A stretch of 64,000 nt of DNA, taken from positions 496,001 through 560,000 of the forward strand of contig CATNEN010000037.1 in the NCBI GenBank assembly GCA_950097015.1, read 5' to 3'. Made by a program: the position numbers and the translations under genes. This document shows positions 1 to 12,279 of the stretch, in pieces; positions within the stretch are counted from its first letter, which is position 1; every line of letters begins with the position of its first letter. Below the pieces are notes generated by a model that was given only the letters and a program-made list of their open reading frames with translations, made no database searches and had not been told where the DNA came from. This stretch comes from Macrostomum hystrix. Its lineage: Eukaryota; Animalia; Platyhelminthes.

Positions 1-617
1 TTTAGCCGCTTTTCATCTTTGCCTAATAATTTTTATCGTTAGTTTCGTAAGTTACTAAACAGCTACTCAGACATGCTCACTATACATAGAGTTTGAGCGT
101 TAGCATGAGCCCATAAATGGCTTCTGCTCGAGATTAGATTAGGCAGCTAGCCTCACCCTGTACAGCCTGTCTGTGCCATGTTCCTGTGTGAATTTATTTT
201 CACAATTGGTAGTACTAAACATATGGTTGCTATGGCCAGGGCTCAATCCGTTATTTGTTAGGGCAGTAACCGAATCGTAGGTTCGTAGGTTCAAAAATAT
301 AGAATCATTGACCTCCCAGTCAATTTGACTGCTATTTTGGATTTATTTTGTCCCGATGCTTCGGTAGAAATTGTCTTTAACTTACTGGACTAACAGTTTC
401 TACTCCTAACTGCTCACAAGCGCGAAATCTCTCGTGTACTCAAACAAATTGTAAATAAAGTCTATACATAAATAGACAAGTCATGCAGAGACACTGCCCC
501 GCGTACAGTACTAGATTTTTCTGCAACAGTGAATTAGTTTTACACTGTTTTGTTGCACTCACATGCACAATGCAGAATGCAGCTGGTTAAATATAAAATA
601 GTGGACTAACACAGCAA

Positions 618-683
618 TTAATTACTTGGCATGCTAAATATGCCTCCGTTCTTGGACTCTGAAGTTTCTGCTGATCTCTTTTC
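618..683 (-). other. Candidate terminal coding exon of an unidentified gene (EKRSAETSESKNGGIFSMPSN*)
   Basis: Acceptor-like tgctttgtttattccag| ending at 684 on the minus strand, followed by 22 codons to TAA. No upstream exon could be joined and no homology is recognised. Confidence 0.2.
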
Positions 684-727
684 CTGGAATAAACAAAGCA
701 AAGTCTGGGGATTCGTAATCAAGACTA

Positions 728-1373
728 TCTGAGATGGTGTCAGTGTGAGTCTGAGCATCTGAGATGGTGTCAGTGTGAGTCTGAGCATCTGAGATGGTGT
801 CGGTGTGAGTCTGAGCATCTGAGATGGTGTCAGTGTGAGTCTGAGGATCTGAGATGGTGTCAGTGTGAGTCTGAGGATCTGAGATGGTGTCAGTGTGAGT
901 CTGAGCATCTGAGATGGTGTCGGTGTGAGTCTGAGCATCTGAGATGGTGTCAGTGTGAGTCTGAGCATCTGAGATGGTGTCGGTGTGAGTCTGAGCATCT
1001 GAGATGGTGTCAGTGTGAGTCTGAGCATCTGAGATGGTGTCGGTGTGAGTCTGAGCATCTGAGATGGTGACAGTGTGAGTCTGAGCATCTGAGATGGTGT
1101 CGGTGTGAGTCTGAGCATCTGAGATGGTGTCAGTGTGGGTCTGAGCATCTGAGATGGTGTCTGTGTGAGTCTGAGCATCTGAGATGGTGTCTGTGTGAGT
1201 CTGAGCATCTGAGATGGTGTCTGTGTGAGTCTGAGCATCTGAGATGGTGTCAGTGTGAGTCTGAGCATTTGAGATGGTGTCGGTGTGAGTCTGAGCATCT
1301 GAGATGGTGTCGGTGTGAGTCTGAGCATTTGAGATGGAGTCGGTGTGAGTCTGAGCATTTGAGATGGAGTCGG
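728..1373. repeat. 30-bp minisatellite array A (gagatggtgtcagtgtgagtctgagcatct), ~21 units
   Basis: Direct 30-bp periodicity; source of ORFs 618..1433 and 634..1404. Confidence 0.95.
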
Positions 1374-2075
1374 AGATGTATAGACAAAGTAAGTTGTGGA
1401 GCAAGCGCCTACTAAAGCGATCATATCCCGCATTAATCAGCTGGGGGGATAATCCTAAGCCACATTGGACTCATGCAGGAATTTTATATCGCAAGCATAT
1501 CCTGGGTAAGCCCTACAATTATAACCATGTGACACGGGATATTCAATGCACCGACTGTCGCCCCAAGCAAGTCTAGTTGACATGACATGCTTGCTATACT
1601 AGTCTATATGTGACTAGTCCATGAGCTTGTAATCAGTGTCCTTGAATTATTTACACATGACTCTCAGCACTAATTGTTAATATAACATTACGCTTTGGAT
1701 AAAGTGCCAAATGTCAACCTTCTAGAATGTAATCTAGAAGAGTAGATTCTAGATAAAATCGATTTTTAGGGGTCAGAAACCGCTCTCGCGGCTACAGACC
1801 CCAGTATTGACAGACAAGTATTAGCTGCTGCTGCCGTTGCTGTCTCTTTGCTCAAACAGCTAGAGACACTTTTTAACGAACAAAAAGTTTTAATAGTCTC
1901 TTCAAGTTTTTAATTCGTAAATGAGTTACATTCTAGTGCACAAGCCAAGTGAGCTTAAACATCGAAAGTGTAAAATGATCCTCTTTGTCTGGCACATAGG
2001 GCTAACTGCTTTGGTAGCACCTCTGATTTTATGAAATTTTTAATGGATTATGGATGTAGCTCGTAAAAATCAGAA

Positions 2076-2717
2076 ACCATCTCAGATGCTCAGACTCACA
2101 CTGACACCACCTCAGATGCTCAGACTCACACTGACACCATCTCAGATGCTCAGACTCACACTGACACCATCTCAGATGCTCAGACTCACACCGACACCAT
2201 CTCAGATGCTCAGACTCACACCGACACCATCTCAGATGCTCAGACTCACACCGACACCATCTCAGATGCTCAGACTCACACCGACACCATCTCAGATGCT
2301 CAGACTCACACCGACACCATCTCAGATGCTCAGACTCACACCGACACCATCTCAGATGCTCAGACTCACACCGACAACATCTCAGATGCTCAGACTCACA
2401 CCGACACCATCTCAGATGCTCAGACTCACACCAACACCATCTCAGATGCTCAGACTCACACCGACACCATCTCAGATGCTCAGACTCACACCGACACCAT
2501 CTCAGATGCTCAGACTCACACCGACACCATCTCAGATGCTCAGACTCACACCGATACCATCTCAGATACTCAGACTCACACCGACACCATCTCAGATGCT
2601 CAGACTCACACCGACACCATCTCAGATGCTCAGACTCAAACCGACAACATCTCAGATGCTCAGACTCACACCGACACCATCTCAGATGCTCAGACTCACA
2701 CAGACACCATCTCAGAT
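2076..2717. repeat. Same 30-bp minisatellite in inverted orientation (ccatctcagatgctcagactcacaccgaca), ~21 units
   Basis: Unit is the reverse complement of array A. Confidence 0.95.
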
Positions 2718-3513
2718 CATAAACTAGCATTTGGACTCAAAGTTTTAATTCCCTAAACTATTTGACGTAATTCAATTAGGGCTAATTATTTTAAATTCAT
2801 GTGCCCATTTTCATTTGCTAAAGTAGAGAGCATTGCTCACGAAATAATTAGATCCCGTAAATTGTTTATAAATTAATTCCAATCTACAAGGTGCAGGCAG
2901 CGTCAATAAGCGGTTAACTCATTTCGGTTAGTGCCAAGGGATCAGTTTCGTCTGCCTGGCATAGGATCGGAAATGATCGATAAATTTGATCGATCGCTTT
3001 GATTCTGTGGTGTGACCCTGGCCAAACTATTGCTTTAATTCTGCAATGGCCTATTTTGCACAGCTTTTCGCTGACTCCGAATGCGGTGCTAAAACTCGCT
3101 ATTTGAGTGTACGGGTTCATGATTGATCAGCTGACCATTGATGTGACGCCTTGGCTGGGTGTGGGTGCCTGCCTATTTGATCTGAACGAATTTATTGATC
3201 TTTGCCGCGTGCATTGTTTTCTAGGCATGACACTAAGCTTTACAGATATCTGTGTTGCAGTAAAGCAATAAAATTGACTTTAAAATCATCCACGCCATAT
3301 CACTTTTGGTCACTCCTCATCACATTCCGCGTCATAACTCTTTTCCATAACTTCTTGTTAATTATTTCCCAATTCCGTAACTTCTTCTCACTTCACACCC
3401 GATTCCGTCTCGTCTTGTTATTCCTCACCAAATTCCATAACTTGTCACTTCTTGCGTAACTCCGCACCCCATTGGGTTAAGTTTGATTACCCCATTATGT
3501 AAACAAATTGATG

Positions 3514-4040
3514 TCTGAGATGGTGTCGGTGTGAGTCTGAGCATCTGAGATGGTGTCGGTATGAGTCTGAGCATTTGAGATGGTGTCGGTGTGAGTCTGA
3601 GCATCTGAGATGGTGTCGGTGTGAGTCTGAGCATCTGAGATGGTGTCGGTGTGAGTCGGAGCATCTGAGGTGGTGCCGGTGTGAGTCGGAGCATCTGAGG
3701 TGGTGCCGGTGTGAGTCTGAGCATCTGAGGTGGTGTCGGTGTGAGTCTGAGCATCTGAGGTGGTGTCGGTGTGAGTCTGAGCATCTGAGGTGGTGTCGGT
3801 GTGAGTCTGAGCATCTGAGGTGGTGTCGGTGTGAGTCGGAGCATCTGAGGTGGTGTCGGTGTGAGTCTGAGCATCTGAGGTGGTGTCGGTGTGAGTCGGA
3901 GCATCTGAGGTGGTGTTGGTGTGAGTCGGAGCATCTGAGGTGGTGCCGGTGTGAGTCTGAGCATCTGAGGTGGTGCCGGTGTGAGTCGGAGCATCTGAGG
4001 TGGTGCCGGAGTGAGTCTGAGGATCTGAGCTAGTCTGAGG
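3514..4040. repeat. Third array of the 30-bp minisatellite, original orientation, ~17 units
   Basis: Same unit with variants (gaggtggtgccggtgtgagtcggagcatct). Confidence 0.95.
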
Positions 4041-4346
4041 ATCACGAGGTTCCTTCCAGAAAGTTACCACGAAGCTTATATGAATAAATCACTCGCACTT
4101 GTACATGCAGCGAATAAAATCTACACTACAAAGAAATGAGTCTGAATCTGATTAAACTTTGTTAATCATATCGTTTTTTTAATCCAAGTTGCGCGATAAA
4201 ACTGATGAAAAACTGGATTCATCGTTGAACTCGCGCACAGCAAGTCATTGTATTTGTCTGTTCTCTTAACTTCTACGTACACAGGCGACGGCTAGCTCAA
4301 GTTGAGCACTTTTAGGATTTAATGAAACTAATAGTGTCAAAGCGAG

Positions 4347-7300
4347 TTAGTTCTCCATGGCCTCGGCCTCAGTGTATTTGCCTTTCTCGGCGCCACGCTG
4401 GCGACCGCGAGCCTTCCGCTCTAGCAGGTCCTTGCGATTGCGGTCCAGCTTCAGCTTGGTGATGGCCACCTGCGGGTGACAGCGGGCAGGGGTCAACTAT
4501 GATCAACTATGGCGAACCAGGGGTAAGAATAGACGATCCCATTAAGAGACAGGGGGGGGTAAGAATCGGCGATCCCATTAAGAGACAGACGGGGTTACAA
4601 TCGGCGATCCCATTAAGAGACAGATGGGGTAAGAATCGGCGATCCCATTAATAGACAGAGGGGGGTAAGAATCGGCGATCACATTAAGAGACAGAGGGGG
4701 GTAAGAATCGGCGATCACATTAAGAGACAGAGGGGGTAAGAATCGGCGATCCCATTAAGAGACAGATGGGGAAAGAATCGGCGATCCCATTAAGAGACAG
4801 ATGGGGTAAGAATCGGCGATCCCATTAATAGACAGAGGGGGGTAAGAATCGGCGATCCCATTAAGAGACAGAGGGGGGTAAGAATCGGCGATCCCATTAA
4901 GAGACAGATGGGGTAAGAATCGGCGATCCCAATTAGAGATAGAGGGGGTAAGAATCGGCGATCCCATTAAGAGACAGACGGGGTAAGAATCGGCGATCCC
5001 ATTAAGAGACAGAGGGGGTAAGAATAGGCGATCCCATTAAGAGACAGATGGGGTAAGAATCGGCGATCCCAATAAGAGACAGAGGGGGTAAGAATCGGCG
5101 ATCCCATTAAGAGACAGAGGGGGTAAGAATCGGCGATCCCATTAAGAGACAGAGGGGGTAAGAATCGGCGATCCCATTAAGAGACAGATGGGGAAAGAAT
5201 CGGCGATCCCATTAAGAGACAGAGGGGGTAAGAATCGGCGATCCCATTAATAGACAGAGGGGGGTAAGAATCGGCGATCCCATTAAGAGACAGAGGGGGG
5301 TAAGAATCGGCGATCCCATTAAGAGACAGATGGGGTAAGAATCGGCGATCCCATTAAGAGACAGACGGGGTTACAATCGGCGATCCCAATTAGAGATAGA
5401 GGGGGTAAGAATCGGCGATCCCATTAAGAGACAGACGGGGTAAGAATCGGCGATCCCATTAAGAGACAGAGGGGGTAAGAATAGGCGATCCCATTAAGAG
5501 ACAGAGGGGGTAAGAATAGGCGATCCCATTAAGAGACAGAGGGGGTAAGAATCGGCGATCCCAATAAGAGACAGAGGGGGTAAGAATCGGCGATCCCATT
5601 AAGAGACAGAGGGGGTAAGAATCGGCGATCCCATTAAGAGACAGAGGGGGTAAGAATCGGCGATCACATTAAGAGACAGAGGGGGTAAGAATCGGCGATC
5701 CCATTAAGAGACAGAGGGGGTAAGAATCGGCGATCCCATTAAGAGACAGAGGGGGTAAGAATCGGGGATCCCATTAAGAGACAGAGGGGGTAAGAATCGG
5801 GGATCTATAAGTTTATAAGTGACTGTACTCAAGTGTGCAATAGCTAGCAGTTAAAAACGATTTAGAAAAAGAACACACTCTCAGTGTCATGATCTCAGTA
5901 AGGTGAAAATAATTGTAGTCTATATAAAAATCAATAGTTTTTCTCATTGCAATTTAAAACTCTGAGTGAACAGGGTGAGAGAGAAGAGATTTGGGAGATA
6001 GGGGTGGCCGGGGTTAGTTAAGAAAACACACAAAACACTTGCGACAGGGTGGGTTGGAGGGGGGCAGGGGCAGCAGATTGCGCCATCTGTTGGGATTGCA
6101 ATAAAGGGGAGAAAGGGCGGGATGGCCGCTCCGCTAAAGGCTTTGAACCGCCAATGAATCGCATACGAATATAATCTAGTAAGGATTCATACTAAAGAGT
6201 ATAAGGAATTAGTAATCAGCACACAGCCTAAACAAACACGCATACAAGCGGAGTGGAAATTACACATTAATTTGCATGAGTACAGTCAGCCAGTCAGGTA
6301 TACAGTGCTAGTAGACAGAGGAGACAGGACAGACAACTGCTATTCAGGCAACAAGCCCCGAGGGGGAGATGATTTAGGATAACAAGTGCGCTTGGAATGA
6401 CAGGAGTATGAACAAAGCCGTAAGTAAGCAATGCGTGTGAAGGATGTAGAAAAATAAAGTGTGCACGGAAAATGATCAAAGTTCTAAACTAAGAGGGCTG
6501 TCCCAAAAGTAGTGTTACTTTTGATTATATCTTTTGTTCTGATGGTTCAAATAACGTGATTTTACACAGTCTTATAGCGGCAAGTCTCTTCTTTATATTA
6601 ATTAAAATCTTTTTTCTAACAGACTAAGGAAATAGAAGTTATCAACGAAAAACTAACAGGACCTCAAACATAGACTTACAGTAAATCAACAAGCAAGCAA
6701 AAATGACCAACAGTTGAGTGGTTGCGAATATGAAGTTTTCTCGTAGCAATTGAAACGCTCCTCTTCACTCGTCGGTGGGAATGCTTGACTTCTCAACGTA
6801 GTCATCGCCGAGCTGAAGGCATTTTTGCCACCGACTGAACAAACCGTCAATAGCGTTGGCATAACTCTCGCGTGGAATTTTGTGGAGCAGGACATTCCGC
6901 ACTGCCTGTTCAAGGTTGTCACGGTTCTCATGAACTTTACCTCGCAGATGCGACTTCATTAGTGGAAATAAGGCGAAATCTGCTGGCGCCAGATCAGGCG
7001 AATACGGTGGATGAGGCAAAATATTAAACTTGAGTCTGCTGACAGCCTCGGAGGTCTTCTGTGCAGTATGGGGTCTGGCGTTGTCGTGGTGGAGAAGAAA
7101 GGGCTTGATTCCAACCCGACGCTTGTTCCAGATTTCGAACTTCAATTTTTCAAGGGAAGCAATATAGCACTCGGCATTGATGCTCTTCCCTGGCTCAAGA
7201 AATTCGATTGTAAGTGGTCCATTTCTGTCGAAGAACAAAGTCAGAAGCACCTTTTTGCAGTGAGGCTCTCGACGTGCCTTAACAGGGGGGTCTGAACCCC

Positions 7301-10032
7301 TGATTGTCCAAACCTTGGACTCCTGTTTGGTGGGGGGATCGAAGTGAGGCACCCACGTCTCGTCACCAGTAACAACGATTTGCCGAAACGTTTCCCATCC
7401 ACCATGTTGCCTGACGAGCTCCAGATTCTCCTGGCACACTCGCTGCCGCTGCTCTTTCAGGTCTGGTGTCAGAAGGCGTGGAATCCAGCGAGCACTCAGC
7501 TTCACATAATCCATGCTGGTGAGACTTCGATGAACCGTTGATCGCGGAGTATTCAGCCTGTCAGCAATCTCTCTGATCGTCATTCGTGCGTCCTCATCAA
7601 GAAGATCCAAGATAGCGTCAGCCAGGACGTCAGAGTCTCGAACATGAGGGCGACCTGTCCTGAGCTGATCAGCAAGGTCCGTCCTTCCCGCTCGAAACTG
7701 TTCTATCCAACGATAGATGGTCATTTTACTGACCGCGCAAGACCCATGAGCTGATGAAAGTTGCGCGTGAATCTCGGCTGCACTGTGCCCCGTCTTCCAA
7801 AGGGTGTAAATCACACTCCTCTGGGCAAAACTTGAATGCACATCCATGATCTTTAGCACAGCAAGAAATGAGAAAAAAAATTCTCGTACTGAAGCCAAGT
7901 CCAAGTGAGAGATATGAAGATTTCATTCCATATTTTCCAGAGACAACTTTCAAATTATAACTTCATTATGATTTTTCCAGAGACATATCATTGTCACGGA
8001 TTGAGAAATTGAGAAATTTTGGTTGAAAGAGTGACCTCAGTCAAAAGCACTTTCGTAGCATTCCGATAGCTTGTTGATTTACTGTAAGTCTATGTTTGAG
8101 GTCCTGTTAGTTTTTCGTTGATAACTTCTATTTCCCTAGTCTGTTAGAAAAAAGATTTGAATTAATATAAAGAGACTTGCCGCTATAAGACTGTGTCAAA
8201 TCACGTTATTTGAACCATCAGAACAAAAGATATAATCAAAAGTAACACTACTTTTGGGAGAGCCCTCGTAATAAACGTACTTATTTTGTGACAAGACTAA
8301 ACAGATAAGTGAAGATTAGTGTGAGAAAGTAACGAATTAAGAATGTAACGAATGTAAGGATTTAACGAATGTAAGAATGTAACGAATGTAAAAGTAAGAA
8401 TGGCAGACAGATGGGAAGAATGGCAGACAGATGGGAAGAATGGCAGACAGATGGGAGGAATGGCGAACAGATGGGAGGAATGGCAGACAGATGGGAGGAA
8501 TGGCAGACAGATGGGAGGAATGGCAAACAGATGGGAGGAATGGCAAACAGATGGGAGGAATGGCAGACAGATGGGAGGAATGGGAGACAGATGGGAGGAA
8601 TGGCAGACAGATGGGAAGAATGGCAGACAGATGAGAAAAATGGCATACAGATGGGAGAAATGGCAGACAGATGGGAGGAATGGGAGACAGATGGGAGGAA
8701 TGGCAGACAGATGGGAAGAATGGCAGACAGATGAGAAAAATGGCATACAGATGGGAGAAATGGCAGACAGATGGGAGGAATGGGAGACAGATGGGAGGAA
8801 TGGCAGACAGATGGGAAGAATGGCAGACAGATGGGAGGAATGGCAGACAGATGAGAGGAATGGCAGACAGAGGGGAAGAATGACAGACAGATGGGAAGAA
8901 TAGCAGACAGATGGGAAGAATGGCAGACAGATGGGAAGAATGGCAGACAGATAGGGAGAATGGCAGACAGATGGTAAGAATGGCAGACAGATGGGAAGAA
9001 TGGCAGACAGATGGTAAGAATGGCAGACAGATAGGGAGAATGGCAGACAGATGGTAAGAATGGCAGACAGATGGTTAGAATGGCAGACAGATAGGGAGAA
9101 TGGCAGACAGATGGGAAGAATGGCAGACAGATGGGAAGAATGGCAGACAGATGGTAAGAATGGCAGACAGATGGTAAGAATGGCAGACAGATAGGGAGAA
9201 TGGCAGACAGATAGGAAGAATGGCAGACAGATGGGAAGAATGGCAGACAGATAGGGAGAATGGCAGACAGATGGTAAGAATGGCAGACAGATGGTAAGAA
9301 TGGCAGACAGATGGGAAGAATGGCAGACAGATGGGAAGAATGGCAGACAGATGGGAAGAATGGCAGACAGATGGGAAGAATGGCAGACAGATGGGAGGAA
9401 TGGAAGACAGATGAGAGGAATGGTAGACAGATGGGAAGAATGGTAGACAGATGGGAAGAAAGGCAGACAGATGGGAAGAATGGCAGACAGATGGTAAGAA
9501 TGGCAGACAGATGGGAAGAATGGCAGACAGATGGGAAGAATGGCAGACAGATGGTAAGAATGGCAGACAGATGGGAAGAATGGCAGACAGATGGGAAGAA
9601 TGGCAGACAGATGGGAAGAATGGCAGACAGATGGGAGGAATGGCAGACAGATGGGAGGAATGGCAAACAGATGGGAGGAATAGGAGAAAGATTGAAATGA
9701 AAGCAATCGATCAATCGACAAACCTTGCTGGGATGCAGGTTGACATATACGGTGGCACCGTTGGCCTTCTCCCGCTGAATGCGTTCAACGTGAATGACGT
9801 ACTTAGATCGGTACACGGCTACAACCTTGCCAGTCTGGTTGCCCTTGTGGTGACCCCGCACCAGCTGCACTTCGTCGTCCTTCCGGATCGGCATGGAGCG
9901 GACATTGTACTTGGCGCGCAGCTCCTTGGACAGGGGAGCCGACATCAGCTTGCGACGAATGTGCGACGGCGCGTTGAAATAACGCTGGCGATTCTTACGC
10001 TTGGAGCTGGTGACGCTCTTGTTGAACTTCAT
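4347..10032 (-). CDS. RPL26: 60S ribosomal protein L26 (uL24), 143 aa; coding exons 10032-9724 and 4469-4347
   Basis: [55 protein letters not shown]...LHPSK | [40 protein letters not shown]. Phase-0 intron 9723-4470 (aag|gtttgt...cccgcag|gtg). Confidence 0.97.
4515..5805. repeat. 35-bp minisatellite (gggtaagaatcggcgatcccattaagagacagagg) in the RPL26 intron
   Basis: Direct periodicity. Confidence 0.95.
6492..8268 (-). mobile_element. Full-length mariner (Tc1/mariner, DD34D) DNA transposon with ~200-bp TIRs and TA TSD
   Basis: TA at 6490-6491 and 8269-8270. Left TIR 6492-6694 (203 bp) and right TIR 8069-8268 (200 bp) are reverse complements, with a handful of mismatches and one 3-bp indel. 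The right end reads TA-CGAGGG inward. Confidence 0.95.
6765..7847 (-). CDS. Mariner transposase, ~360 aa, uninterrupted
   Basis: HTH region, WIPRLL (WVPHEL equivalent), [15 protein letters not shown] and YSPDLAPAD; 34 residues between the 2nd and 3rd catalytic D. First ATG at 7847; the track starts at a TTG at 7904. Confidence 0.93.
   Translation of the reverse strand: MDVHSSFAQRSVIYTLWKTGHSAAEIHAQLSSAHGSCAVSKMTIYRWIEQFRAGRTDLADQLRTGRPHVRDSDVLADAILDLLDEDARMTIREIADRLNTPRSTVHRSLTSMDYVKLSARWIPRLLTPDLKEQRQRVCQENLELVRQHGGWETFRQIVVTGDETWVPHFDPPTKQESKVWTIRGSDPPVKARREPHCKKVLLTLFFDRNGPLTIEFLEPGKSINAECYIASLEKLKFEIWNKRRVGIKPFLLHHDNARPHTAQKTSEAVSRLKFNILPHPPYSPDLAPADFALFPLMKSHLRGKVHENRDNLEQAVRNVLLHKIPRESYANAIDGLFSRWQKCLQLGDDYVEKSSIPTDE
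8395..9680. repeat. 20-bp minisatellite (atggcagacagatgggaaga) in the RPL26 intron
   Basis: Direct periodicity; explains the many overlapping ORFs at 8297-9721. Confidence 0.95.
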
Positions 10033-10074
10033 ACTGGCTGGATTTGCTGAGGGGCGGTTAGAGTGCAGGGTTTG

Positions 10075-10398
10075 TCTCGGGGAGGGCTATCTGAAGGTTC
10101 ATGGCGGGGCTAGCAGAGGAGAATCTGAAGGTTCAGGGAGGGCCTAGCAGAGGAGAATCTGAAGGTTCAGGGAGGGCTATCTGAAGGTTCATGGCGGGGC
10201 TAGCAGAGGAGAATCTGAAGGTTCAGGGAGGGCTATCTGAAGGTTCATGGCGGGGCTAGCAGAGGAGAATCTGAAGGTTCAGGGAGAGCTATCTGAAGGT
10301 TCATGGCGGGGCTAGCAGAGGAGAATCTGAAGGTTCAGGGAGAGCTATCTGAAGGTTCATGGCGGGGCTAGCAGAGGAGAATCTGAAGGTTCATGGAG
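10075..10398. repeat. ~56-bp composite repeat (atctgaaggttca core) upstream of the RPL26 ATG
   Basis: gggctatctgaaggttcatggcggggctagcagaggagaatctgaaggttcaggga repeated about 5 times. Confidence 0.85.
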
Positions 10399-10832
10399 AG
10401 TAACTGTGGACCGTCGACTAAATAAACTTAATAAAAAAGTAAAAAAAGCGAAAGTGTTATAAGTGGCACATAATTTTACATGCATTTATTCAAAATGTAT
10501 AATTAGTAAATCACAAGCGTATGATACTACTATCAACAGATAATACAATATATCCTCAAATGTGTAAGTTCTGCATCAAGAAATCATCAGAATAACAATT
10601 ACAGAGAAAAAATTGGCCTACCATAAACCCCTATAGCATGCTAATATTAGTGCAGTGTTATGCTCATAAATCAATCGGGCAGGTAAACAATAGTAAGATT
10701 TGAAAAACAATTTAACAACAACAAACCAGTTGCCCGTATATATGTGTAAGCTTTTTTAAGGCAATTATTTTTTTTAAGAAATGTTTTATAAAGTTTAGGA
10801 ATGGCTGTTAAGACTAAATTTATCCAGGATAA

Positions 10833-11050
10833 GCCAGGGAATTATGGTTAACGCGTCGGACTCACAACTTGAACGTCTGGGGTTCGATTCCAGACTCCAC
10901 TGAACGAACAATTTGTGTCCTTTAGCAAGACACTTAACTCTGCATTGCTTCAGCTCACCCAGCTGATAAATTGGTGCCACATCAGATGGGGTAATTGAGG
11001 GTGGGTTTGGCGTGCCCCCAGTCCATGGACTGAACAGGCCGTACGCAGGT
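10833..11050 (+). mobile_element. tRNA-derived SINE with CORE-like central domain
   Basis: A-box-like tggttaacgcg and B box ggttcgattcc (10881-10891), then gtgtcctttagcaagacacttaactc...cacccagctgataaattgg, which resembles the CORE-SINE segment. The 3' end is uncertain. Confidence 0.65.
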
Positions 11051-11671
11051 TCAGATGTGCCGCGCAATAGCTGCGGCTGTGCTGTCGGCTGCACATTGGA
11101 TGAACCCAATTACAATGGATTGTTAAATAACAAGCAAGCAGTAATGTAATAGCTAGTATTTTTATTATTGACACCAGATACACAAGAACATTAGGGCAAA
11201 CAGAGGCATGACAACACAGATCGACTGGAGTAGATCCACTCACCAAAGATATCTTGATATTTCTAAGCAATTGTTAAAGGCCAGTTGAAAAGAAAGAAAA
11301 CTAGAGTAATCTAACCCCACAAAACAGTAAATAATAACAAATCAAATCAATAAAGAGTGAATAAGAGCAATGACTGTGCTCATATGAACAGTGTCGGCAA
11401 TCCGGATCACGATGTTAAGATCATTAAACCCAGATATGATGAGTTGCTATGACAAACCCGATAACGGATGAGCTCGGCTAGACTCTTGCGAGTATCTAAA
11501 GCTTGTTTCGTCAAATAATCAAGAGGACTTCTCTTGGAAAGTAAATCTACGCTTACAACCGAATTCATTGGGAAGATAGTGACGTGACTGTGCTAATTAT
11601 CTAAAAGTAGGATTTAAAAGCTGGATTAGGATATCATCGATATTAGGATAGTAAAGACAATGATCATAAAT

Positions 11672-12110
11672 GGATCTGAGATGGGGATAAAAGGGATGTT
11701 CGATAGGGATAAAATGATCTGAGATTGGGATAAAACTGGGATCTGAGATGGGAATTTAACAGGGATCTGAGATGGGGATAAACAGGGATCTAAGATGGGG
11801 ATAAAACTGGGATTTGAGATGGGGGATAAAAAGGATGTTCGATAGGGATAAAATGATCTGAGATTGGGATAAAACTGGGATCTGAGATGACCGACGGACC
11901 ACCCTGAGCGGCACCGCCTCGCTGGAGGCCGTCCGGCTGCCAGGGGTTAGTGATATGGGCGGCACCGACCGCCTCCTCGCTGCGTCCGTCATGGAAGCTC
12001 CCTGCCGCTAAGTCAAGGGATCTGAGATGGGAATTTAACATGGATCTGAGATGGGGATTACACAGGGATCTAAGATGGGGATAAAACTGAGATGGGGATC
12101 ATAAATGAAT
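11672..12110. repeat. Degenerate gatctgagatggggataaa repeats, interrupted by a GC-rich block at 11892-12007
   Basis: Repeated core visible on both sides of the block. Confidence 0.75.
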
Positions 12111-12279
12111 CTAAATCTCAGAGAAAAATATCTCAGGCCATTAAAAAAATGAAATTTAAGACGGATTGAAAATCTGGTATTAGAGTTATAATCTTGAAAT
12201 TTGACGAAACTCAAGAGTGCAACTGAAACTGAAACTAATAGGCCTCGGTTTGCACCAGAGCAGCATCATAAATTATAAA

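Noticed and set aside
618-4070. DAQTHTDTIS / RWCRCESEHL / SQMLRLTPTP repeat ORFs that look like ice-nucleation or Cys-rich proteins
   Set aside because: They are open in several frames on both strands only because the 30-bp unit lacks stops, and they show no codon-position bias.
6080-6210. Two small hairpins in the RPL26 intron as a possible H/ACA snoRNA
   Set aside because: No H box between the hairpins, no correctly spaced ACA, and no C/D boxes found.
8362-9723. 556-aa RPL26 read-through ORF
   Set aside because: The extension is the 20-bp intronic array after a canonical donor; the true C-terminal exon is at 4469-4347.
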